Source of the DNA: Candidatus Anaeroferrophillus wilburensis
GTDB lineage: Bacteria > Desulfobacterota > Anaeroferrophillalia > Anaeroferrophillales > Anaeroferrophillaceae
DNA: 64,000 nucleotides
Reading direction: 5' to 3'
Assembly (NCBI GenBank): GCA_016934315.1
Contig: JAFGSY010000039.1
Location: 24,454-88,453 of the forward strand
Made by a program: the position numbers and the translations under genes. The notes beneath the pieces were generated by a model. It was not told the DNA's origin. It saw nothing but the letters and a program-made list of their open reading frames with translations, and ran no database searches. This document shows, in pieces, positions 10,391-18,826 of the stretch. Within the stretch, counting starts at the first letter, position 1. Every line of letters starts with the position of its first letter.

Positions 10391-10558
10391 GGTGAATCAG
10401 CAATACCGCATCGTTTTGGAACGACTGGACGTTGTCCTCCGGCCGGTGGAACTGTGAGGTTATACCCGGTTCCTATTGAGTGGTGATCGCTGAAAATTTC
10501 ATGATAATACGATCGTTGATGACCTGATGCACTACCTTATTTTTCAAGGAGCATGCCA

Positions 10559-11482
10559 ATGCAGTTTATTAAGCCTGGAACAACCATTGACTTTGTCAGT
10601 CGGAGATTCCTTTTCCTAAGCCTTTCAGCGGCCGTCATTGCGATTGGCCTCATATCCCTGATCTTCCATGGTGGCTTGAATTATGGCATCGATTTTGTCG
10701 GGGGTACCCTCGTGCAGGTGAAGTTCGGCCAGGCAACCACGCCTGATGCCATTCGCGATGCCCTTCAGGGTCTTGACCTGGGCAATAGTACCATCCAGCA
10801 GTTTGAAGAGGCGGAGGGGGGGGAATTTCTCATCAGGGTGGAGAAATCAAAAGCTGATCTGGTGGATCTCTCTGATGAGATCAAAGGGGCTCTGGATATA
10901 CGGTATGGTCCCGGACAGGTGGACATCCGCCGGGTTGAGATGGTTGGTCCCAAGGTTGGCGAGGATCTGCGCCGCAAAGGGATATTTGCCATTATCTACG
11001 CCATAATTGGTATTCTCGTATATGTTACTTTCCGGTTTGAATTCAAGTTTGCCGTCGGTGCGGTAGTCGCGCTGGTGCATGATGTGCTGATTACCGTGGG
11101 GCTCTTTTCACTGCTCAACATGGAGTTCAGCCTGCCGATTGTTGCCGCCCTGCTGGCCATCGTCGGGTATTCGCTCAACGATACGATCGTCGTCTATGAC
11201 CGGATCAGGGAAAACCTGCGTAAAGCGGGGCGCAAAACCTATGAGGACGTTATCAATGCGTCGATCAACGAAACCCTGAGCCGGACAATTCTGACCTCCC
11301 TGACAACGTTATTGGTTCTGATCAGTCTTTATTTCCTCGGCGGCGGTGTCATCCATGACTTTGCCTTTGCCTTGATTGTCGGTGTCGTGGTGGGGACCTA
11401 TTCTTCCATCTTTATTGCCAGTCCGGTGGTCATTGCCATGCGCAAGATGAAATTTCTGCAGCGCCAGAACCAAAAGGTCTAA
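10559..11482 (+). CDS. secF: Protein translocase subunit SecF.
   Basis: Motifs GIDFVGGT and LHDVLITVGLFSLL...YSLNDTIVVYDRIREN. The ATG at 10559 has a CAAGGAG SD 8 nt upstream and is preferred over 10553. Confidence 0.92.
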   Translation: MQFIKPGTTIDFVSRRFLFLSLSAAVIAIGLISLIFHGGLNYGIDFVGGTLVQVKFGQATTPDAIRDALQGLDLGNSTIQQFEEAEGGEFLIRVEKSKADLVDLSDEIKGALDIRYGPGQVDIRRVEMVGPKVGEDLRRKGIFAIIYAIIGILVYVTFRFEFKFAVGAVVALVHDVLITVGLFSLLNMEFSLPIVAALLAIVGYSLNDTIVVYDRIRENLRKAGRKTYEDVINASINETLSRTILTSLTTLLVLISLYFLGGGVIHDFAFALIVGVVVGTYSSIFIASPVVIAMRKMKFLQRQNQKV

Positions 11483-11499
11483 GTGGGGATGAACGACTG

Positions 11500-12141
11500 A
11501 TGATGCGCCTTGCAGAAATATTTACCAGCCTCCAAGGGGAGTCCACATTTGCCGGACTCCCCTGTGTTTTTGTGCGCTGCGCCGGCTGCAATCTTTGCTG
11601 CTCCTATTGTGATACCACCTATGCCCGGGAGTATGCAGCGGGCCGGGAAATGACGATTGATGAGGTTGTCGCGCTGGTTCTTGCCGAGGAGGTGCCAATG
11701 GTGGAGATCACCGGCGGGGAACCCCTGCTCCAACCTGAAACCCCCCGGTTGATCGATCGTCTGCTGGCGGCCGGTAGAAAAGTGTTGCTGGAAACCAATG
11801 GTTCCCAGGATATTTCCAGGATCGATCAGCGGGTGCAGATTATTCTCGATATTAAAACCCCGGGGAGCGGGATGGCTGAATGTAATCGTCTGGAGAACCT
11901 TTCCAGCCTGGGGGATAACTGCCAGGTGAAATTCGTCCTGACTGATGAAGATGATTTTTGGTGGAGCCGTGATTTTATCCGCTTACATCTGTCATCCGTC
12001 AGCGAAATTTTATTCAGTCCGGTGCACGGTCTGCTGGCTCCCCGGCGGCTGGCGGAGCTGATTCTCCAGGAACAGCTGCCGGTCAGGCTGCAGTTGCAGC
12101 TGCACCGGCTGTTATGGCCCGGAGAGGAGCGCGGAAGATAA
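11500..12141 (+). CDS. queE: 7-carboxy-7-deazaguanine synthase (radical SAM).
   Basis: N-terminus [34 protein letters not shown] is the QueE CxxxCxxC signature. 213 aa. Confidence 0.9.
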   Translation: MMRLAEIFTSLQGESTFAGLPCVFVRCAGCNLCCSYCDTTYAREYAAGREMTIDEVVALVLAEEVPMVEITGGEPLLQPETPRLIDRLLAAGRKVLLETNGSQDISRIDQRVQIILDIKTPGSGMAECNRLENLSSLGDNCQVKFVLTDEDDFWWSRDFIRLHLSSVSEILFSPVHGLLAPRRLAELILQEQLPVRLQLQLHRLLWPGEERGR

Positions 12142-12851
12142 TGGCGGAAAAGAAAGCGGTAATCCTGCTCAGTGGTGGTCTTGATTCGGCCACGGTGACC
12201 GCCGTGGCTAGAGCTGAGGAGTATCATCTCTACTGCCTGAGTTTCGACTATGGCCAGCGCCATGCGTTTGAACTGCAGGCGGCGGAGCGGGTGGCCGCCT
12301 CTATGGGAGCGGTGGAACATCTGATTCTGCGGTTGGACTTGGGGAGAATCGGAGGGTCTTCACTGACCGATCATCGCTTGGCGGTACCGAAGGGAGGAGT
12401 GCATCTGCTGACCGGCGAGATTCCTTCCACCTATGTTCCAGCCCGCAACACCATCTTTATTGCCCATGCGGTTTCCTGGGCTGAAACCCTGGGAGCCCGT
12501 GATATTTTTCTAGGGGTTAATGCCCTTGACTACAGTGGCTACCCCGATTGTCGGCCGGAGTATGTGGCAGCCATGGAACGGGCGGTGAATCTGGGTACCA
12601 AACTGGGGGTACAGGAAAAAGCCCCCTATTTTCGCCTGCAAACTCCCCTTATATCACTTCGTAAACAGGAAATTATCGCCCTGGGGCTGCGTCTAGGAGT
12701 GGATTATTCACTGACCCACAGCTGCTATGAGCCTGATGGCCGGGGAAATCCCTGCGGTCTATGTGACAGTTGTCGTTTGCGGTTGGCAGGGTTCAAGAGC
12801 AACGGTTTGGCTGATCCGTTGCCCTATCAGGATCAAATGCGGGAAAGCTGA
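12141..12851 (+). CDS. queC: 7-cyano-7-deazaguanine (preQ0) synthase.
   Basis: Start [18 protein letters not shown] (PP-loop). C-terminal zinc cysteines [20 protein letters not shown]. The ATG overlaps the queE stop (TAATG). Confidence 0.9.
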   Translation: MAEKKAVILLSGGLDSATVTAVARAEEYHLYCLSFDYGQRHAFELQAAERVAASMGAVEHLILRLDLGRIGGSSLTDHRLAVPKGGVHLLTGEIPSTYVPARNTIFIAHAVSWAETLGARDIFLGVNALDYSGYPDCRPEYVAAMERAVNLGTKLGVQEKAPYFRLQTPLISLRKQEIIALGLRLGVDYSLTHSCYEPDGRGNPCGLCDSCRLRLAGFKSNGLADPLPYQDQMRES

Positions 12852-13657
12852 ATAATATCCATCACTTTTTTCATGGTCTGCGGATTGCCGGCGGCGACGA
12901 TCGGGTGAGTTTTTTCCAGATCAAGGGTCAGCTCATTAAGGTTTTCCCCCAGCATGCCGGTGATAACTCCGCCAACCTCCTCAAGAATAATCTTGCCGGC
13001 AACATAATCGATCGTCCGTGAAGGGATGGGGTAGAAAAAGACATCAATGGTGCCGGCGGCCAGGTAGCAGATGTCGAGGGCGGTGGAGCCAAGGGAGCGG
13101 GCCCGTTCAAACATTTCCAGTAAGGGCTCAATTCTTTTGAGCCCGGCTTTGTTGTGGGCCGCTTCAAAAACAAAAGCCCGGGGAATATCAACCTGTTTGG
13201 CGTTTATGGCCTGCTGGTTGAAAAACGCCCCTGAGCCTTTGCTGGCATGGAATTCATCACCGTTTGCCAGATTCTTGACGTAGCCAAGGACCACATCCCC
13301 GACCGTACTGCCGGAGGCCACCGCCATGGCGGTGGCATAGTAGGGAATTCCCTGGCGGGCGTTGAAGCTGCCGTCAAGAGGATCAATGACGATACGCCAG
13401 TGAGGATCCTCGCCGAAGGTTCTGGTCCCCAGTTCTTCCGAAATCAGGACAAAATCAAAGCCGTAGTTGGTATGCAGAGTTTCCAGCTTGTCGAGGATGA
13501 TATCCTCGGCAAGCTTATCTATCTTGAGGGTCATATCGCCGCCGGCTCCCTTGCCCATGATCAGGGCACCTTCGCTGGTGCCGGCGTACCGCCCCATCGC
13601 ATTGCTGATTTTACTGCTCAGACTGCGAAAGGTTTCAAGCCAAAAATCAAGATCCAT
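12833..13657 (-). CDS. Inositol monophosphatase / fructose-1,6-bisphosphatase family protein (SuhB-like).
   Basis: Motifs [24 protein letters not shown] and metal-binding residues of the IMPase fold. The ATG at 13657 (MDLDFW...) has GAGGTAG 6 nt upstream. The longer track ORF from 13777 adds an AT-rich extension with no SD. Confidence 0.75.
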   Translation of the reverse strand: MDLDFWLETFRSLSSKISNAMGRYAGTSEGALIMGKGAGGDMTLKIDKLAEDIILDKLETLHTNYGFDFVLISEELGTRTFGEDPHWRIVIDPLDGSFNARQGIPYYATAMAVASGSTVGDVVLGYVKNLANGDEFHASKGSGAFFNQQAINAKQVDIPRAFVFEAAHNKAGLKRIEPLLEMFERARSLGSTALDICYLAAGTIDVFFYPIPSRTIDYVAGKIILEEVGGVITGMLGENLNELTLDLEKTHPIVAAGNPQTMKKVMDIIQLSRI

Positions 13658-13969
13658 TACCGCTACCTCATCACTCTTATTTTCAAGCTGTCTACCATAT
13701 TCTCCTGGGGATGGCAAGATGGGGATATTTTCTCCTTGCCGTTCCTCTATCTTTACACTATTATTATTTACAACCATCGTTTGGCGGGGTGCATGTTGCC
13801 AACCTCGAGGCTGGAAAAGGCATTAACCAGACAACCTGGTTCCCGGCCGGCGGGCGGCATCATCAATGCTGTCCGGGCGATGGACTATGAGGATGCCCCA
13901 CTCATGGGGTGCTCCAGACTGCATTCGACCTTTGCTGTTTGCCAATGTCCCTGAGGTGGAAGAACACTG

Positions 13970-15607
13970 ATGATTCACCAGTTTGATTTTCTTGTTATCG
14001 GCAGCGGTATTGCTGGTCTTTTCTATGCCCAGCAGGTTGCTCCCCATGGGACGGTGGCGGTGATTACCAAAAAGAAGAAAAAGGATTCCAATACCAATCT
14101 GGCCCAGGGCGGCATTGCAGCGGTCGTCGGGCAGGGCGATTCCTATGATTCCCATATTGCGGATACCCTGCAGGCCGGGGCCGGTCTTTGTCATCGAGAT
14201 GTGGTTGAAATGGTGGTCCATGAAGGGCCCCAGCGCATCAATGATCTGATTCAACTGGGGGTTCAGTTTACAGAGTCGTCCTCTGGCTGTACGTATGATC
14301 TTACCAGAGAGGGGGGGCATTCAAACCGGAGGATTCTGCATGCGGCGGACTGGACCGGCAGGGAGATTGAGAAAGCCTTGATCAACCACTGCCAGGAACA
14401 TCCGCGGATTACCATTTTTGAGGACATGGCAGCCATCGACCTCCTGACTTCCAGCAAATATTTGGATGTTCCGCCCCAACATGACTGTTGTTGGGGGACG
14501 TATGCCCTGGAATGCAAGACCGGTATGGTTCATACTTTTCTTGCCCGACAGACGGTGATTACCACTGGTGGCGCCGGCAAGGTATACCTTTTTACCACCA
14601 ATCCTGATATTGCCACTGGTGATGGGGTGGCAATGGCCTCGCGGGCCGGCGCCCGGATTGCCAATATGGAGTTTTTTCAATTTCATCCCACCTGTCTTTA
14701 TCACCCGAAAACAAAAAACTTCCTTATTTCTGAAGCGGTCCGTGGTGAAGGTGGGATCCTGCGCCGCCGTGACGGCCAGCAGTTTATGGGACGCTACAGT
14801 GCGGCCAAAGAACTTGCTTCCCGCGATATTGTTGCCCGGGCAATTGATAATGAGATGAAGTCAACCGGTGACGATTGTGTCTTTCTCGATATTACCCACT
14901 TGTCCCGGGATTACATTCAGAAGCGTTTTCCCTTGATCCATTCAACCTGCCTCCAGCTGGGCATCGATATTACCCGTGAACCGATTCCGGTGGTTCCAGC
15001 CGCCCACTATCTGTGCGGCGGTATCGTTGTCGACCATGATGGCTGTAGCTCCCTGTCCCGGTTATTTGCCTGTGGCGAAGCAGCCTGTACGGGATTGCAC
15101 GGAGCTAACCGATTGGCAAGCAATTCGCTGCTGGAAGCGGTCGTCTATGCCAGTCGGGCCGCCCGGGCTTCCGTGAACGCCCTGGCTGCTGACCGCCAGT
15201 CGGTTCCCAGATTTCCCGACTGGGTGTATACGCAGCGAAGCGATGTCGATGAAAATGTTATTATTTCCCATAACTGGGATGAAATTCGCCGGCTGATGTG
15301 GAGCTATGTGGGGATAGTTCGTTCACAGAAACGATTGTTGCGGGCCAAACATCGTATTGATCTGCTTCATAATGAGATTCGTGAATTTTACTGGGATCAC
15401 GTGCTGTCCAGCGACCTGTTGGAACTGCGCAATATTGCCGTTGTTGCCGACCTGATTATCAGCGCGGCCATGTATCGCAAGGAAAGCCGAGGTCTGCACT
15501 ATAATATTGATTATCCCGAGAGGGACGATGCCGATTGGCTGGTTGATACAGTCCAGGTGGCCGGCCAATGCTTCAGCCTTCCTTTACATCCTGACCACCT
15601 TTCCTGA
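13970..15607 (+). CDS. nadB: L-aspartate oxidase.
   Basis: FAD-binding N-terminus (DFLVIGSGIAGL), succinate dehydrogenase/fumarate reductase flavoprotein-like core and NadB-specific C-terminus. 545 aa. Confidence 0.9.
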   Translation: MIHQFDFLVIGSGIAGLFYAQQVAPHGTVAVITKKKKKDSNTNLAQGGIAAVVGQGDSYDSHIADTLQAGAGLCHRDVVEMVVHEGPQRINDLIQLGVQFTESSSGCTYDLTREGGHSNRRILHAADWTGREIEKALINHCQEHPRITIFEDMAAIDLLTSSKYLDVPPQHDCCWGTYALECKTGMVHTFLARQTVITTGGAGKVYLFTTNPDIATGDGVAMASRAGARIANMEFFQFHPTCLYHPKTKNFLISEAVRGEGGILRRRDGQQFMGRYSAAKELASRDIVARAIDNEMKSTGDDCVFLDITHLSRDYIQKRFPLIHSTCLQLGIDITREPIPVVPAAHYLCGGIVVDHDGCSSLSRLFACGEAACTGLHGANRLASNSLLEAVVYASRAARASVNALAADRQSVPRFPDWVYTQRSDVDENVIISHNWDEIRRLMWSYVGIVRSQKRLLRAKHRIDLLHNEIREFYWDHVLSSDLLELRNIAVVADLIISAAMYRKESRGLHYNIDYPERDDADWLVDTVQVAGQCFSLPLHPDHLS

Positions 15608-15703
15608 TTATTTTTATGTGGGCGGTTGCCAACCCTGGCTGCCGCTTTCAGCCTTTTTCCCGGTTTTGATAGCGGCGTCCGGATGGCAAGGTGCTCAGCC
15701 CTT

Positions 15704-16492
15704 TCACTGTTGCCGCTGCCAGCGATTCCCGGGCGGCACCATCTTCGATGAAGAGTTAGTTCCTTTCTGCAGGAGGATTTCTCCCCGACAGACTGGCTCC
15801 ACAAGTTCCCTCTTGTAGAGATGGACAAGGGAGAGTGATGCTTTGGTCGCCAGTCGGAGCAGTTCACCATCGCTGATGGCTCCACCGATGTTCCATGACC
15901 AGTTGGTTACCTCATCGGCAAATCCGGCAGGCAGATCACCAACCAGGAGCAGATCATGAATCAGGAGATGGCCTCCCGGGACGAGCAGGCTGGCGATATC
16001 ATGGAAAAACGATGCTTTGTCAACGATAATATTGAAGGAGCCGTTCATAGAGATCAGATCAATGAAAGCGTGATGGTAGGGAAGGTGGCTGAAATCGGCA
16101 TGAACCAGCTGGATGGTGGTGGCAAGCTGCAGCAGCTCCCGGGCACGCCTGGCCAGGCTGAGCAGCTCCCAGCTCAGATCAAGGCCGAGAAGAGCGGGGT
16201 TCAGCTGGCGATCCCCAGCCAGGATGCAGAGGTCAAGCCCGCTGCCGCAGCCCAGGTCAAAAACAACGGATGGCTGCAGATTCCTGATGACCGGCAGGGG
16301 GTTGCCGCAGGGGAAACTGGTTCCGATCTGAAAATCAGGCAGGGGCTGGAGGTCTTCGGTGGCATAACCGAGTTCTTCTAAAAGGGCTATGCCGCGGGCC
16401 GGGCTGACCCCTCCCAGCAAACCGAGGGGCTGGCGGGCGGCGGCATCATACATCTGGCGTAGTGATTGGCGCAGTTTGAGCTTGAAATCCAT
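15704..16492 (-). CDS. Class I SAM-dependent methyltransferase (Methyltransf_11/31-like, ArsM/UbiE-like fold).
   Basis: SAM-binding motif VFDLGCGSGLDL and the downstream acidic loop. 262 aa. Divergent from the ParB-like operon. Confidence 0.65.
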   Translation of the reverse strand: MDFKLKLRQSLRQMYDAAARQPLGLLGGVSPARGIALLEELGYATEDLQPLPDFQIGTSFPCGNPLPVIRNLQPSVVFDLGCGSGLDLCILAGDRQLNPALLGLDLSWELLSLARRARELLQLATTIQLVHADFSHLPYHHAFIDLISMNGSFNIIVDKASFFHDIASLLVPGGHLLIHDLLLVGDLPAGFADEVTNWSWNIGGAISDGELLRLATKASLSLVHLYKRELVEPVCRGEILLQKGTNSSSKMVPPGNRWQRQQ

Positions 16493-16565
16493 TGGAAACG
16501 GCTTGTACTCGGTGTATGGCTGTGATATAGCCCCTGAAGATTAGCATGGTATATCAGCAGACTGT

Positions 16566-16587
16566 GCAGCCTGCAGGCTGCTATAAT
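16566..16587 (+). promoter_or_regulatory. Perfect 16-bp palindrome (GCAGCCTGCAGGCTGC) immediately followed by a consensus TATAAT hexamer. Putative operator overlapping the promoter of the ParB-like/rSAM/nucleosidase operon.
   Basis: Palindrome at 16566-16581 and TATAAT at 16582-16587, about 50 bp upstream of the 16637 start. The -35 region (AGACTG at 16559-16564) is weak. Confidence 0.4.
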
Positions 16588-16636
16588 CCGCAATGACCAC
16601 CAACAATCCCCGTGCGAACAACGTTGATGCCGTTAT

Positions 16637-17590
16637 ATGGTTTTTTCTTTCCCGAAACAAGAGCTAATTTCCTGTACTCTCTCCGACTTGGATTTTACTG
16701 ATCGCCGGTTCCCTTTTTCCTATGGGCCGTTGCCGGAAACGTTTCTTACTTCCGTTGAACAGATCGGCATTGCGGTGCCGCCCCTCTTGATCCATGGGCC
16801 GCGTGGACATGTCATTGTTTGTGGCCGGCGACGTCTGGAGGCAGCCTCGGCTGTTTTTCCGCCGGCGCAAACGATCGAAGCCAGAATGGTTGAGGCTGAT
16901 GATGAACAACGCCTGTTTTCCCTGGCCTTGTGGGATAATCTCGCTCATCGTTCCTTCAACCTGGTGGAGACTGCCGACATTGTCTGGCGCCTGGAAGAGC
17001 TGTACGATGAGCCGACGATCAGGGCTGATTTCCTGCCCCATCTTGGTGTTCCTTCCAAACGACGGTATCTGGAACGTTATCGCGCCATTGTCCAGCTGTC
17101 ACCCACCATCAGGCTACTGCTGGCCCGGGGGGCGATGGATGGGGAGACGGTTGACATCATAAAGAGCTGGCCGGCGGAAGATCATGAACTGCTGATGACG
17201 GTGGCCCATGAGTTGGTTCTGAACCGCAATAAATTGCGTCAGACGGTCCAGAATGTGGATGACCTTGCCCGTCGGGACGGCAAAAAACCCGCACAGGTGA
17301 TCCATGAGGTTGCCAACTCTCTGCCCGAAGGTTGCCATTCGGCTGCAGATTTCCGCCAGCAGCTGCAGGTCAGGCTGTTTCCCTGTCTCAGTGCGCAGGA
17401 AAACCGTTTCCGGGAGTTCTGCTCATCTCTGCAGCTGCCCCGCCATGTCCACTTGGTCGCGCCGCCCAATTTTGAGGGTGACGAATATACCCTGGAGATC
17501 CGTTTTCGTTCGCCAGCGGAGTGGAGATCTGCTTGTAAGTGGGTGTCAAATCTTGAGGGTAACAGGCTTGATGAGCTTTTTAATGACTGA
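16637..17590 (+). CDS. ParB/Srx-like N-terminal domain protein with a C-terminal region of unknown function.
   Basis: 317 aa. Residues ~40-120 carry ParB box motifs (PPLLIHGPRGHVIVCGRRRLEAA resembles the GERRxRAA motif of ParB N-terminal domains). C-terminal 190 aa unrecognised. Confidence 0.55.
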   Translation: MVFSFPKQELISCTLSDLDFTDRRFPFSYGPLPETFLTSVEQIGIAVPPLLIHGPRGHVIVCGRRRLEAASAVFPPAQTIEARMVEADDEQRLFSLALWDNLAHRSFNLVETADIVWRLEELYDEPTIRADFLPHLGVPSKRRYLERYRAIVQLSPTIRLLLARGAMDGETVDIIKSWPAEDHELLMTVAHELVLNRNKLRQTVQNVDDLARRDGKKPAQVIHEVANSLPEGCHSAADFRQQLQVRLFPCLSAQENRFREFCSSLQLPRHVHLVAPPNFEGDEYTLEIRFRSPAEWRSACKWVSNLEGNRLDELFND

Positions 17591-17593
17591 TGG

Positions 17594-17626
17594 CTTCGTA
17601 ACAATGATACCTTCTTTGTTGCGAAG
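17594..17626 (+). other. Stable intercistronic stem-loop (11-bp stem with one G-U pair) between the ParB-like gene and the radical SAM gene.
   Basis: CTTCGTAACAA-(11 nt)-TTGTTGCGAAG. No downstream U-run, so it looks more like a processing or attenuation element than an intrinsic terminator. Confidence 0.3.
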
Positions 17627-17697
17627 CGTCCTTTCAGGGTTGTACTGGATGGTTGCCGGTTTTTTACGGCGTTTTGCCCGTTGCTACGAGTCCATCA

Positions 17698-18807
17698 ATG
17701 ACTAAAAGCATGTTTCAGCCGACCCGGGTGCTGGTGGAGCAGGATGCCTTTTCCTACCCTTACACGGAAGAAATTCTCCAGCGGCTGCCAGCCGCGGAGG
17801 TCGTTACCATCGGCCATCCTGACCAGGAGTTGTTCCATGAACTGGACTTTTCGCCGGCCAAAACCCTGCTGTTGATGGTTCACCGGGGTAAATTTTTCAA
17901 ACCCTGTCCGGGGACGGCAGAGAACTACCGCTGCTGTCTTTACCAGATCCTCCATCTTGGCTTGGGCTGCAGCATCGGCTGCAGTTATTGTGTTTTGCAG
18001 GGGTATCTGAATAACCCCTTCATTACCCAGTTCGTCAATCTTGACGATGCTCTGCGTGAGCTTGATGAGGTGTTCAGCAGCCACCCTGACTCTTTTTTCC
18101 GCATCGGCACCGGTGAGTTCACCGATAGCCTGTTCATGGACCCCCTGACCCGGTTGTCGGCAAAGCTGGTACCCTATTTCGCCCGGCAGACACACGCCGT
18201 GCTGGAGTTGAAAACCAAAAGTGTAGCGGTGGACAACCTGTTGCAGCTTGAAGGGGAGGTTGGCGAAACGATCGTTTCCTGGAGTCTGAATGCACCGTCG
18301 GTGGTTGCCCGGGAGGAGCTGGGGGCGCCATCGCTTAAACAGCGACTGGCAGCCGCTGCCCGCTGCCGGCAGCGTGGGTATCGCATCGGTCTGCACTTCG
18401 ATCCGCTGGTATTTTTTCCTGGCTGGCAGCAGGAGTATCGTGAAACGGTACGGTTGATCTTTGATTATCTTGCTCCTGATGATATTATCTGGATCTCACT
18501 GGGGGCGTTTCGTTATCTGCCGCCGATGAAAGAGGCGATCAAAGAGCAGCACCCCGAGAGTAGCATTATCTATCAGGAATTTGTCCGTGGACTGGATGGT
18601 AAAATGCGTTACTTCTCCGGTATTCGCCGTGCCATGTATCGCCATCTGGTGGCCGAAATCAGGCAGCATGCCCCCGATGTGTTTCTCTATTTCTGCATGG
18701 AACATGAACGGCTCTGGCTGGATGTCTTCGGCTATGCGCCGACTGACAACCAGCAGCTCTCTCTCTGGCTTGACCGGTGCTGCCATCGCTATCCGGCACA
18801 AAAATAA
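17698..18807 (+). CDS. Radical SAM enzyme of the spore-photoproduct-lyase (SplB/COG1533) family.
   Basis: CxxxCxxC in GLGCSIGCSYCVLQGYLNNPFITQFVNLDDALREL aligns with B. subtilis SplB (ATGCMGHCHYCYLQTTMGSKPYIRTYVNVEEILDQ, recalled from memory). Further similarity along the length. Start ambiguous (TTG 17653, ATG 17698 or 17710). Confidence 0.75.
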   Translation: MTKSMFQPTRVLVEQDAFSYPYTEEILQRLPAAEVVTIGHPDQELFHELDFSPAKTLLLMVHRGKFFKPCPGTAENYRCCLYQILHLGLGCSIGCSYCVLQGYLNNPFITQFVNLDDALRELDEVFSSHPDSFFRIGTGEFTDSLFMDPLTRLSAKLVPYFARQTHAVLELKTKSVAVDNLLQLEGEVGETIVSWSLNAPSVVAREELGAPSLKQRLAAAARCRQRGYRIGLHFDPLVFFPGWQQEYRETVRLIFDYLAPDDIIWISLGAFRYLPPMKEAIKEQHPESSIIYQEFVRGLDGKMRYFSGIRRAMYRHLVAEIRQHAPDVFLYFCMEHERLWLDVFGYAPTDNQQLSLWLDRCCHRYPAQK

Positions 18808-18826
18808 CAACTCCGCTACTGGAAGG

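Noticed and set aside
17695-18396. 233-aa antisense ORF inside the radical SAM gene.
   Set aside because: One of many long antisense ORFs in GC-rich coding DNA. Similar ORFs occur at 1800-2270, 4539-4994, 42741-43523, 44421-45281, 47768-48604, 48929-49600 and 59717-60166. None has homology to known proteins, and each lies within a well-supported gene.
18581-18826. N-terminal 82-aa extension of the nucleosidase ORF (track ORF 18581..19513).
   Set aside because: It overlaps the 3' end of the radical SAM gene in another frame and has no similarity to nucleosidases. The conserved protein begins at MIGIITAF with GGAAGG just upstream.
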